Shown piece after piece: positions 7,998 through 16,562 of a stretch of 64,000 nt of DNA (positions are counted from its first letter, which is position 1; every line of letters begins with the position of its first letter). The notes beneath the pieces are model-generated. The model was not told the DNA's origin. It did no database searches and saw only the letters and a list, made by a program, of their open reading frames with translations. A program made the translations under genes and the position numbers. This DNA is from Candidatus Fervidifonticultor tertius (GTDB lineage Bacteria; Sysuimicrobiota; Sysuimicrobiia; Sysuimicrobiales; Humicultoraceae): contig JAVKIY010000005.1 in NCBI GenBank assembly GCA_031459235.1, forward strand, positions 6,559-70,558, read 5' to 3'.

Positions 7998-10310
7998 ATG
8001 GCGGCGGCGACAGACGGGCTGAGGAGCCCCGCGGGCCCGCTGATCGGGCGCTCGGTGCCGCGCCTGGACGGCTTTCACAAGGCGACCGGCCGCTTCGCCT
8101 ACGGCACCGACGTCGTGGTCGCGGGCATGCTGCATGGCCGCGTTGCGCGAAGTCCCTACCCTCACGCCAGGATTCGCGCTATCGACACGTCGGCCGCGCT
8201 GGCCACACCGGGAGTCGTGGCAGTGGTCACCGGTCGCGATCTACCCGAACGACGCTTCGGCGCCCTTGTCAAAGACGAGACGGTGTTGGCCGTCGACGTC
8301 GTGCGCTACGTCGGGCAGCCCGTGGCCGCGGTGGCGGCCCTCGCCGTCGAGGCGGCGATCGAAGCGGCGGCGCGCATCGCCGTCGAGTACGACCCCCTTC
8401 CCGCGGTCGACACCCCCGAGGCCGCGCTGCGGGCGGGTGCGCCCCTGGTCCACGAGGCGTGGACGACGTATGTGGCACATCCTCAACTGATCCGAGCCGG
8501 CAACGTCTGCGGCGCCGCCACGATCGCCAAGGGCGACCCGTCGCGGGGTCTGGCTGACGCCGATCATGTCTTCGAGGACGTCTTCACGACCGAGCCGGTC
8601 CACCAAGCGTATCTCGAGCCTCGCGTGGCCATCGCGGCCTGGGAGCCGCCCGGAGTCCTCACGGTGCACTCGAACACCCAACTGCCGTTCGAGGCTCAGA
8701 CGGTGCTGGCTGACCTGCTCGGGATCCCCCCCGGACGCGTCCGCGTCATCACGACGGGGATCGGCGGCGCGTTCGGTGGCAAGCTCCGTGTCGGCGTGGA
8801 ACACATCGCGGCCGTGCTGGCGCAGCGCGTCGGTCGGCCCGTGCGGATCGTCCTCACGATGGCAGAAGAGTTCGCCGCCGCGTACCCGCGGCACGCGATG
8901 CGCATTACGCTGCGCACCGGCGTGCGACGCGACGGCACGATCGTGGCCAAGGAGGCACACGCGTTGCTGGACGCGGGCGCCTTTGGCGGCTCGAGCCCCG
9001 GGCTCCCGTCGGTCGCGACGCTCGTGCTCGCCGGACCGTATCGCATTCCCCACCTGTCGATCGAGGCCACATCGGTCTACACCCACAAGCAGAACTTCGG
9101 TTCGTACCGCGCGCCGACCGGACCACAGTGTGCGTTCGCCGTCGAGTCGCAGATGGACATGATCGCGCGGCGCCTCCGTCTCGACCCGCTGGAGTTTCGG
9201 CTGCGGAATATCGTGCGGGACGGCGACGAGGGACCCTCCGGGCAGGTGTTCGGCAAGGTCAGTCTGGAAGCGGCGCTCCGGAAGGCGGCCGCCGCGATCG
9301 GCTGGGGCCACCGCAGGCAGCCGCATCACGGCAAGGGGTTGGCGTGCAGCTGGTGGACGACGACCGGTGGCCCCTCTGCCGTGTACGCGAGGTTGCATGC
9401 CGACGGGACGGCGACGCTCGCGACGGGCTGCGCCGAGATTGGCACCGGTGCCCTCACCGCCGTTGCGCAGATCTTTGCCGACGACCTCGGACTGCCGGTC
9501 GAGAACGTCACGCTCATCAGCGCCGACACCCTCGCGACCCCGTACGATCACGGGGCCCAGGGGAGCCGGTCCACGTTCGCCGTCGGGAACGCCGCGCGCG
9601 CTGCGGCTGCGGACATCCGGCGACAGGTCCTGGGGCTGGCCGCCGAGGTCTTGGAAGCCAGGGTCTCGGACCTGGGCCTGCGCGATGGCAGGGTGTACGT
9701 GCGGGGCACGCCCTCTCGACAGGTGGAACTGGGCGATGTCGTCAGGCTAGCGATGCAGCGGCATGGCGGCCTCGTGTCCAGCGGCACCTTCGTTGCTCCG
9801 GCGACCCCGTACAAGACCGACTGTGTCAGCGGGCACTTCTATCCAGCGTTCCACGCGCCGAGTTTCCACGCCCACGCAGCCGAGGTGGTGGTGGATCCCG
9901 AGACCGGTACCGTGCGGGCGCTGCGGTACGTGGTCGCACAAGACGTGGGGAAAGCGATCAACCCCCGCCTGATCGAGGGCCAGATCGAGGGTGGCGTGGT
10001 GCAGGGCCTGGGACAGGCGCTGCGGGAGCGCATTGCCTACCAGGGCGCCTATCCGCTGGTCCACAACTTCAGCGACTACGCGCTCCCTCGATGTGGCGAT
10101 GTGCCCCAGATCACCAGCATCCTCATCGAGGAACCCAGCGATAGCGGCCCGCACGGTGCGCGCGGCGTGGGCGAGCCGCCGATCATCACGCCGCCCGCCG
10201 CCATCGCGAACGCCGTGCACGACGCGGTCGGCGCGCGGGTCACCGACCTGCCGCTGTCGCCGGAGCGCGTGCTGCGTGCCATGCGAGGCCGACTGGAGGG
10301 AGCGGCGTAA
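7998..10310 (+). CDS. Xanthine-dehydrogenase-family molybdopterin large subunit, set 1 (atypical YRAPTGPQ loop)
   Basis: RSPYPHARI, GGAFGGK, GSRST, GQIEGGVVQGLG, RGVGEPP. Confidence 0.92.
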   Translation: MAAATDGLRSPAGPLIGRSVPRLDGFHKATGRFAYGTDVVVAGMLHGRVARSPYPHARIRAIDTSAALATPGVVAVVTGRDLPERRFGALVKDETVLAVDVVRYVGQPVAAVAALAVEAAIEAAARIAVEYDPLPAVDTPEAALRAGAPLVHEAWTTYVAHPQLIRAGNVCGAATIAKGDPSRGLADADHVFEDVFTTEPVHQAYLEPRVAIAAWEPPGVLTVHSNTQLPFEAQTVLADLLGIPPGRVRVITTGIGGAFGGKLRVGVEHIAAVLAQRVGRPVRIVLTMAEEFAAAYPRHAMRITLRTGVRRDGTIVAKEAHALLDAGAFGGSSPGLPSVATLVLAGPYRIPHLSIEATSVYTHKQNFGSYRAPTGPQCAFAVESQMDMIARRLRLDPLEFRLRNIVRDGDEGPSGQVFGKVSLEAALRKAAAAIGWGHRRQPHHGKGLACSWWTTTGGPSAVYARLHADGTATLATGCAEIGTGALTAVAQIFADDLGLPVENVTLISADTLATPYDHGAQGSRSTFAVGNAARAAAADIRRQVLGLAAEVLEARVSDLGLRDGRVYVRGTPSRQVELGDVVRLAMQRHGGLVSSGTFVAPATPYKTDCVSGHFYPAFHAPSFHAHAAEVVVDPETGTVRALRYVVAQDVGKAINPRLIEGQIEGGVVQGLGQALRERIAYQGAYPLVHNFSDYALPRCGDVPQITSILIEEPSDSGPHGARGVGEPPIITPPAAIANAVHDAVGARVTDLPLSPERVLRAMRGRLEGAA

Positions 10311-10618
10311 TGCCCATCGTGGTGTTCCTGGCCCGCCTGAAGCCGGGTGTGGACCCGGCCGCGTATGAACGGTGGGTTCGCGAGGTCGACTATCCACGGG
10401 CTCGTCGCCTGCCCAGTGTCATCTCCTATGTCAACCACCGCCTGCAGGCACCCCTGCGAAAAGCCGATGTCCACTACGACTACCTGGAGATCTTGCAGGT
10501 CACCGACCTCGACGCGTACAAGCAGGATCTCGCGCGTCCCGACATTCTCGACCTGCGGCGCCAGTTGATGGAGTTCATCGAACCGTCGGACAACTGGATC
10601 GGCGAGGTCATCGCATGA
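10310..10618 (+). CDS. RedY/HapK-like (EthD-type alpha+beta barrel) protein
   Basis: LKPGVDPAAYERWVREVDYP...LPSV...YDYLEILQVTDLDAY resembles the REDY-like HapK family. Translationally coupled (TAATG) with SD GGAGG. Confidence 0.75.
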   Translation: MPIVVFLARLKPGVDPAAYERWVREVDYPRARRLPSVISYVNHRLQAPLRKADVHYDYLEILQVTDLDAYKQDLARPDILDLRRQLMEFIEPSDNWIGEVIA

Positions 10619-11673
10619 CGCTCGATACCGGCGTCCTGCTACTGGGCGAGCACTCGCCGACGCGCCTCGCCGCGCTCGCCCAGCTGGCCGAAGCGCTCGG
10701 CTACGGCTACGTCTGGTATGCCGACGAACGATTCTTCCGGGAAGTGTACAGCGGCCTGACCGTCATCGCGACACGCACGTCCCGCGTACGGCTCGGCCCG
10801 TGCGTCACCGATCCTTACGCCCGACATCCGGCGCTGACCGCGATGGCGATTGCGACGCTCGACGAGATCAGCGGCCACCGCGCCGTCCTCGGTCTCGGCG
10901 CCGGCGTCTCCGGCTTCAAAGAGTTGGGCGTCGCGCGCGACCGGCCGGCCGTCGCGATGCGCGAAACCATCGAGATAGTCCGCGCGCTCCTGCGCGGCGA
11001 GCGTGTCGCCTACGACGGCGCGGTGGTTCGCGCAGCCGGGGTCCGATTGAACTTCGCCCCGCCGCGCGCCGCGGTGCCCATCTTCGTCGCCAGCAACGCG
11101 CCCCGCGGGCTGGAGGTCGCCGGCCGCCTCGCCGACGGCGCCATCATGCAGGGGTGCGTGGCAGACCGGGCGCTCCGGTACTTCAAGGAACACGTGGCGC
11201 GGGGGGCCACGGCCGCGGGCCGGCCGCCGGCCGATGTGGCGCTCGTGGCACGCATCAACGTCTGTATCGATGACGATCCGCGCGTTGCCAAGGATTTGAT
11301 GCGGCGATCTATCGCCAACAGCCTGCTCGCGCAACAGCCGGACTTCCCCGGGTTCGTCGCCGCGGGCCTCGAGGTCCCGCAGGGGCTCCGCGAGAAGCTC
11401 CGCGGCCTGAGCTACGGCTACGGGAACGACGCGCTCGCGCGCATCGCTGCCGAGGTCCCCGACGTCTACGTCGACAGTCTCACGCTGGCGGGCACCGCAG
11501 ACGACGTGGCCGCCGGCGTGGCACGCCTGACCGCAGCCGGCATCCGTCAGCTCCTGATGTTCCCGATGGATCCGGCGGGGAAGATCGAGCGCACCATCGA
11601 GCGCTTCGCGACCGAGGTCCTCCCGCGTGCCGCGCGCCTGGCGGGCGGCACGACGGGTCGGATGCTCACCTGA
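10615..11673 (+). CDS. LLM-class (Mer-like, possibly F420-dependent) oxidoreductase
   Basis: VWYADE, TSRVRLGPCVTDPYARHPA, TLDEISGHRAVLGLGAG. ATGA overlap with the upstream gene. Confidence 0.9.
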   Translation: MTLDTGVLLLGEHSPTRLAALAQLAEALGYGYVWYADERFFREVYSGLTVIATRTSRVRLGPCVTDPYARHPALTAMAIATLDEISGHRAVLGLGAGVSGFKELGVARDRPAVAMRETIEIVRALLRGERVAYDGAVVRAAGVRLNFAPPRAAVPIFVASNAPRGLEVAGRLADGAIMQGCVADRALRYFKEHVARGATAAGRPPADVALVARINVCIDDDPRVAKDLMRRSIANSLLAQQPDFPGFVAAGLEVPQGLREKLRGLSYGYGNDALARIAAEVPDVYVDSLTLAGTADDVAAGVARLTAAGIRQLLMFPMDPAGKIERTIERFATEVLPRAARLAGGTTGRMLT

Positions 11674-11692
11674 CCGAGGAGGCCAACGCAAG

Positions 11693-12358
11693 ATGCCGAC
11701 GCGCTTCGTGCTCGTGGGCCTGCAACCTGGCGTGGATCGGACCGCGTACGAAGAGTTCATCCGCGCGTTCGACTACCCGTGCCTCCCGGAGTTGTCGACG
11801 ATCGTGCACTACCGGACGCACCGGATCGACGGCAGCACCGTCCAGGGGGCGCCGCTGCCGTACGACTACATCGAGCAGATCGTCGTGACCGATCCGGACG
11901 CATACTGGCGAGATCTGGATGCCTCCCCGCGTTTCGCCGAGTTCAGGCGGCGCAATCCGGCGTTCGTGGCGCATCGGCTGGACTTCTGGGCCGAGGTCGT
12001 CCCGCCCGCGCCGATCGCGGACCACGGCCCCCGCGCGAACGGCGTCGCCCATCGATGGGAGACCATTCCGCCCGACGAGTCCCGACCGGGGCTGAGCCTC
12101 CGGAGGCTGGAAGGACAAACGATGACCGCGATGGTGGTGACGCTGCATCCAGGCATCGTCGTGACCCCGCAGCAACACCGGGAAGAGCAGCTGATCCACA
12201 TGCTCTCGGGCCGGCTGCGCCTGCGGGTCGGCGGCGAGACCTGCGAGATCGAGGCGGGCGATGTCGCGCTGGTTCCGTCGCTGGTGCCCCACAGCGGTGA
12301 AGCGCTGGGCGCGGGTCCCGCAGTGTACCTGGAAGTGCTCGCGCGACGAAGCGGGTGA
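11693..12358 (+). CDS. HapK-like domain fused to a C-terminal cupin
   Basis: N-terminal LQPGVDRTAYEEFIRAFDYP...YDYIEQIVVTDPDAY parallels 10310-10618. C-terminal QQHREEQLIHMLSG...AGDVALVPSLVPHS are cupin motifs. SD GAGGAGG. Confidence 0.8.
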   Translation: MPTRFVLVGLQPGVDRTAYEEFIRAFDYPCLPELSTIVHYRTHRIDGSTVQGAPLPYDYIEQIVVTDPDAYWRDLDASPRFAEFRRRNPAFVAHRLDFWAEVVPPAPIADHGPRANGVAHRWETIPPDESRPGLSLRRLEGQTMTAMVVTLHPGIVVTPQQHREEQLIHMLSGRLRLRVGGETCEIEAGDVALVPSLVPHSGEALGAGPAVYLEVLARRSG

Positions 12359-12370
12359 CCACAGGGGGAG

Positions 12371-14017
12371 GTGCGTAAGATGGACAGTCGCACGTCGGAC
12401 GGCATCAAGCGTCGGGAACTGCTGATCCGATCGGCCCATGCCGCCGCGGGCGTCGGGCTCACCGGGCTCGCGGGGGCAGTCTGGGTTCGGCCGCTTGCGG
12501 CCCTGGCCGCGCCAGCCAGGGTCTCCACCCGCCCCCTGGTCTTCGTTGTGCGTACCGAGACGCTGACCCTCGACCCGCACCAGAATGACTTCATCTACTC
12601 GCAAAACGCCCAGCGCCCGGTCTACGAGCCCCTGGTCGACTACGCGCCCGACGGCAAGGGTGGCGCGACGATCGTCCCGGTCCTCGCGACAGACTGGCGG
12701 GTGTCCAACGACGCCAAGACCTACACGTTCCGACTGCGGCCGAACGTTCGCTTCACCGACGGGACGCCCTTCGACGCCGCGGCCGCCAAGTGGAACTTCG
12801 ACCGTCTCAAGGCGGTCAACAAAGGGCCGGCCGCGCGCCTCCCGGCCATCGACCGGGTCGAGACGCTGGATCGCTTGACCGTACGGGTGCACCTGAGGGC
12901 CCCGTTTGCGCCGTTCATCCAGGCCCTGGCCAAAGCGCCGTACATGATCAGCCCGGCAGCCCAGAGCCGCGAGAGCGGCGGCGACCTCGCGCAGCGGTGG
13001 CTCGACACCAACGCGGTCGGCACCGGGCCGTTCGTGGTCGACTCCTGGGTCCGCGGCCAACAGCTCACCTACGCCCGCAATCCGAACTACTGGCGCGGGT
13101 GGAGTGGACCGCACGCGGAGCGCGTCACCATTCGACTCGTCCGCGAGTCGGCGACACAACGCCTGATGCTCGAAACGGGCGAGGCCGACTTGGCCGACGG
13201 GATCATCATCACGGACGCCGATGCGATGAAGAAGAACTCTGCGCTGGTCATCGAGGAGCACAGCACACCGGCGCAGATTCACGTCATGCTCCGAATGCGT
13301 GGCGCGATGCTGGACCCCAAGTTTCGTGAAGCGATGCGTGCGGTGTTTAGCTACACGAGCTTCGTCGGTGGTGTGCTGCTGAACAAAGGCCGGGTGCCGA
13401 ACGGCCCGATAGCGAAGGGTATCTGGGCGCACGATCCATCACTGCCGCAGTACCGCCGCGAGTTGGTACGGGCGCGTCAACTCATTCAGGAAGCCGCGCC
13501 GTCACAGCGCTCATTCGTGCTTCAGACGATCTCGCCGTTCTTCCCCTACTACCCGCAACTCGCACAGATCCTCCAGCAGAACCTCGCGGAAGTCGGGATC
13601 TCGCTGACCATCGAAGATCGGTTGGACGCCGCCGGTTTCATCGGTGCGCTCACGGCCCTCGAGCGTGGCCCGGACATGTACGGCTGGGCGATCAACCCGG
13701 CGTACGACGACCCGCACGACATCCTGCACCGCACCTACCACTCGACGTCCACGCCACCGACCGCCCAAAACTTTACATTCTACAGGAACCCCCGCCTCGA
13801 CGAACTGATCGATCGTGGGGTGTCCGCGGCGGACCGGGCCAGCCGGCAGCCGTTCTACAACCAAGCACAACGGCTACTCCGCGAGGACGGCCCCGCGATC
13901 TATTGCGCACAGTTCTTCCAAATCTTTGGCCGGCGGAAACCGCTCCAGGGGTTCGTGTGGCATCCGTTTCTCTTCAACCTGCCGCCGGACTTCTACAACC
14001 TGTGGGTCGAAGCGTGA
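12371..14017 (+). CDS. Family-5 (Dpp/Opp) ABC substrate-binding protein with TAT signal
   Basis: KRRELL twin-Arg signal, TLDPH, YTFRLRPNVRFTDGTPF, GTGPF, RNPNYW. Confidence 0.92.
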   Translation: MRKMDSRTSDGIKRRELLIRSAHAAAGVGLTGLAGAVWVRPLAALAAPARVSTRPLVFVVRTETLTLDPHQNDFIYSQNAQRPVYEPLVDYAPDGKGGATIVPVLATDWRVSNDAKTYTFRLRPNVRFTDGTPFDAAAAKWNFDRLKAVNKGPAARLPAIDRVETLDRLTVRVHLRAPFAPFIQALAKAPYMISPAAQSRESGGDLAQRWLDTNAVGTGPFVVDSWVRGQQLTYARNPNYWRGWSGPHAERVTIRLVRESATQRLMLETGEADLADGIIITDADAMKKNSALVIEEHSTPAQIHVMLRMRGAMLDPKFREAMRAVFSYTSFVGGVLLNKGRVPNGPIAKGIWAHDPSLPQYRRELVRARQLIQEAAPSQRSFVLQTISPFFPYYPQLAQILQQNLAEVGISLTIEDRLDAAGFIGALTALERGPDMYGWAINPAYDDPHDILHRTYHSTSTPPTAQNFTFYRNPRLDELIDRGVSAADRASRQPFYNQAQRLLREDGPAIYCAQFFQIFGRRKPLQGFVWHPFLFNLPPDFYNLWVEA

Positions 14018-14080
14018 CCGACGGGCGTCAGGGTCTCGGAGCGGCGGCCTCGGCCTCGGGGGCTTGCTGAGCCGCCACGG

Positions 14081-15085
14081 ATGACGCTGTACGTCGCCCG
14101 GCGCCTCGTCAGCCTAGGCTTCGTCCTGCTGGGAATGTCCGTGCTCACGTTCACCCTTTCCCGCGTGATCCCAGCGGATCCGGCCGCCGCCGCGGCGGGA
14201 TTCCACGCGACCGCGGAACAGGTCGCCCAATACCGCCGCGAGATGGGACTCGATCAACCGCTCCACGCGCAGTACCTGCGGTACATGACCGGTATCGTGC
14301 TTCACGGGGACCTCGGCCGCTCGATCCTCAATCAACGACCGGTCGTCGAGGACATCGCGACGTTCCTCCCCGCGAGCCTGGAGCTTGCTATGGTGTCGCT
14401 CATCCTGTGCGTCCCGCTCGGCATTGGTCTCGGGACGTACACGGCGGTGCGGGCCGGACGCTTCTCGGACGCGGCGACGCGCGGGTTCGCCGTCCTGGGC
14501 GTGTCGATGCCGATCTTCATCGTGGCCTTGCTGCTGCAACTCGTGTTCTACAAAGCGCTACGCTGGTTTCCTTCGGGCGGTCGGCTCGGCAGCGAGTTCG
14601 CGCCACCGGAAGCCATCACCGGATTCCTCCTGGTCGACACGCTGCTGCGCGGCAGCTGGCCGATGTTCGTGAGCGCGGCGCACCACATCGCCCTGCCCGC
14701 CGCGACACTCGCGGTCGCCAACCTGGCGGTCATCACGCGGATGACCCGCAGCAGCCTCCTGGAGGTGCTCTCGGCCGACTACGTCCGGACGGCGCGCGCG
14801 AAGGGCCTGAGTGAGAGCCGCGTCCTGCGGCACGCGCTGAAGAACAGCCTGATCCCCGTGGTCACGGTCATCGGGCTGCAGTTTGCGTCGATGATCGCCT
14901 ACGTGTTCTTGGTGGAGCACATCTTCTCGTGGCCCGGCATTGGCTCGTATGCGGTCCGGGCGATCGTCGGTCTCGACTTTCAACCCATCATGGCGATCAC
15001 GCTGTTGTTCTCCGTCATCTATGTCGCGGTGAACTTCGCCGTGGACTTGAGTTACCTGGCGCTCGACCCGCGAATTCGCTACTAA
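14081..15085 (+). CDS. DppB-like ABC permease
   Basis: GLDQPLHAQY, GDLGRS, DYVRTARAKGL, WPGIG, LDPRIRY. Confidence 0.94.
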   Translation: MTLYVARRLVSLGFVLLGMSVLTFTLSRVIPADPAAAAAGFHATAEQVAQYRREMGLDQPLHAQYLRYMTGIVLHGDLGRSILNQRPVVEDIATFLPASLELAMVSLILCVPLGIGLGTYTAVRAGRFSDAATRGFAVLGVSMPIFIVALLLQLVFYKALRWFPSGGRLGSEFAPPEAITGFLLVDTLLRGSWPMFVSAAHHIALPAATLAVANLAVITRMTRSSLLEVLSADYVRTARAKGLSESRVLRHALKNSLIPVVTVIGLQFASMIAYVFLVEHIFSWPGIGSYAVRAIVGLDFQPIMAITLLFSVIYVAVNFAVDLSYLALDPRIRY

Positions 15086-15102
15086 ACCACACGGCGGCAG
15101 CG

Positions 15103-16008
15103 ATGCCTGACCATTTGGCCGCAGTGCCCCCTCAGAGCCGGTGGATGCCGCGTCAAGCGGCGGGGCCCGGGCGGGCGTTTGTGCACAGGATGCGGCGGAA
15201 CGGCGGGGCGCTCCTCGGCGTGACGCTGCTCGCGATCCTCGGGGCCGTCGCGGTCCTCTCCTGGGTTGCCACGCCCGCTGACCCCTACACCATTGCCGTC
15301 GAACGACGCTTTCAAGGACCGAGCGCCGCGCACCCGTTCGGGACCGACGACCTCGGCCGCGACGTGCTCAGTCGGGTGATGGTGGGGACCCGAATCTCCT
15401 TCGGCGTCGCGTCGTTCGTGCTGGCGATCGCGAGCGGGCTCGGCGTACCACTGGGTGTGCTCTCGGGCTATCGAGGCGGCTGGCTGGACGAGATCATCAT
15501 GCGCGCCAGCGACATCTTCCTGGCGTTTCCGTCGTTCCTGCTCGCCATGGCCATTGTCGCCGCCCTGGGCTCGAGCCTGACCAACGCCGTGCTGGCGCTG
15601 GGGATCGCCTGGTGGCCCCGCTACGCCAGGCTGCTCCGGGGGCAAGTGCTGTCGGTGAAACAGAGCCTGTACGTGGACGCGGCTCGCGCGGTTGGCGCAC
15701 GGGACAACCGCGTGCTGGCTCGTCACATCCTTCCGAACTGCGGGGCCCCGCTGCTCGTGCAACTGGCGACGGACGCCGGCAACGCCATCCTGATCACCGC
15801 GAGCCTCAGCTTCGTGGGACTCGGCGCCAAGCCGCCATCGCCGGAGTGGGGGTTCATGGTCGCCCAGGGTCGACAGTTCCTGCTGACGGCGTGGTGGGTT
15901 CCCATCTTCCCGGGCCTGGCCATCGCGACGATGGTGGCCGCGTTCCTGTTCATGGGCGACGGGCTACGAGACGTGCTCGACCCGCGCCTCCGGGGCAGCT
16001 CGACCTAG
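15103..16008 (+). CDS. DppC-like ABC permease
   Basis: HPFGTDDLGRDVLSR, YVDAARAVGA, HILPN, LSFVGLG..PPSPEWG, GDGLRDVLDPR. Confidence 0.93.
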   Translation: MPDHLAAVPPQSRWMPRQAAGPGRAFVHRMRRNGGALLGVTLLAILGAVAVLSWVATPADPYTIAVERRFQGPSAAHPFGTDDLGRDVLSRVMVGTRISFGVASFVLAIASGLGVPLGVLSGYRGGWLDEIIMRASDIFLAFPSFLLAMAIVAALGSSLTNAVLALGIAWWPRYARLLRGQVLSVKQSLYVDAARAVGARDNRVLARHILPNCGAPLLVQLATDAGNAILITASLSFVGLGAKPPSPEWGFMVAQGRQFLLTAWWVPIFPGLAIATMVAAFLFMGDGLRDVLDPRLRGSST

Positions 16009-16032
16009 ATTGTCGCGTTCGGACTCGCTCCA

Positions 16033-16485
16033 CTAGCCCTTCTTGCCCCGCGCGGCCACCTCGCGCGCGACTGCCTTGAAGAACTCGCCCGCCATCTGCC
16101 GGGCGACGCCGGGGATGAGCCGGTGCCCGACGCTCAGCAGGACGCCCGTCACCTGCGCGTCCCCGACGTACCGCACCAGCGTCTGGTCGCCCTGGGCCTC
16201 GAGCGTGAGCGCACCGGTGGCCCGGATCGTGCCCGGCCGGCCACCGCCCTCGACGATCAGGGTCATGGCTTCGGGCGGCCGCTTGTCGGTGATGCGGACC
16301 TTGCCGGCATACGCGCCCCGCACCGGGCCGACCGCGAGCTCGATCTCGGCGTCGTAGGCGTCCGGGCCGGTCGGGACCAGCGCTTTGAGCCCGGGCGTGG
16401 CGCGGGTGAGCACGGCCGGGTCGTTGAGCGCACGCCAGACCTGCTCGCGCGTCGCGGGCATCAGGTGCTCGCCTTCGATCTTCAT
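16033..16485 (-). CDS. coxG: CoxG/SRPBCC protein
   Basis: REQVWRALNDPAVL...PG, VGPVRGAY, VG.RLI...A.QM..EFF. SD GGAGG before ATG 16485. Confidence 0.88.
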   Translation of the reverse strand: MKIEGEHLMPATREQVWRALNDPAVLTRATPGLKALVPTGPDAYDAEIELAVGPVRGAYAGKVRITDKRPPEAMTLIVEGGGRPGTIRATGALTLEAQGDQTLVRYVGDAQVTGVLLSVGHRLIPGVARQMAGEFFKAVAREVAARGKKG

Positions 16486-16502
16486 GGCGACCTCCACAAG
16501 CC

Positions 16503-16562
16503 ACGCGGCGGAGCCGAAAGCCTGAGGCTTGCAGCACCCGCCGCGTTATTTTCAGTATATCA
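16503..16562 (-). promoter_or_regulatory. Extended -10 promoter (TGaTATACT) plus long 5'-UTR hairpin of coxG
   Basis: TGATATACT at 16562-16554 overlaps the asparaginase stop. Stem ACGCGGCGG/CCGCCGCGT encloses AAGCC-TCA-GGCTT. Confidence 0.55.

Noticed and set aside
10310-12358. Prodiginine biosynthetic cluster
   Set aside because: Only RedY/HapK-like genes are present, with no PCP, adenylation, PKS or condensing enzyme.
16490-16560. Moco riboswitch upstream of coxG
   Set aside because: The region is too short and forms a single hairpin without the multi-stem architecture.
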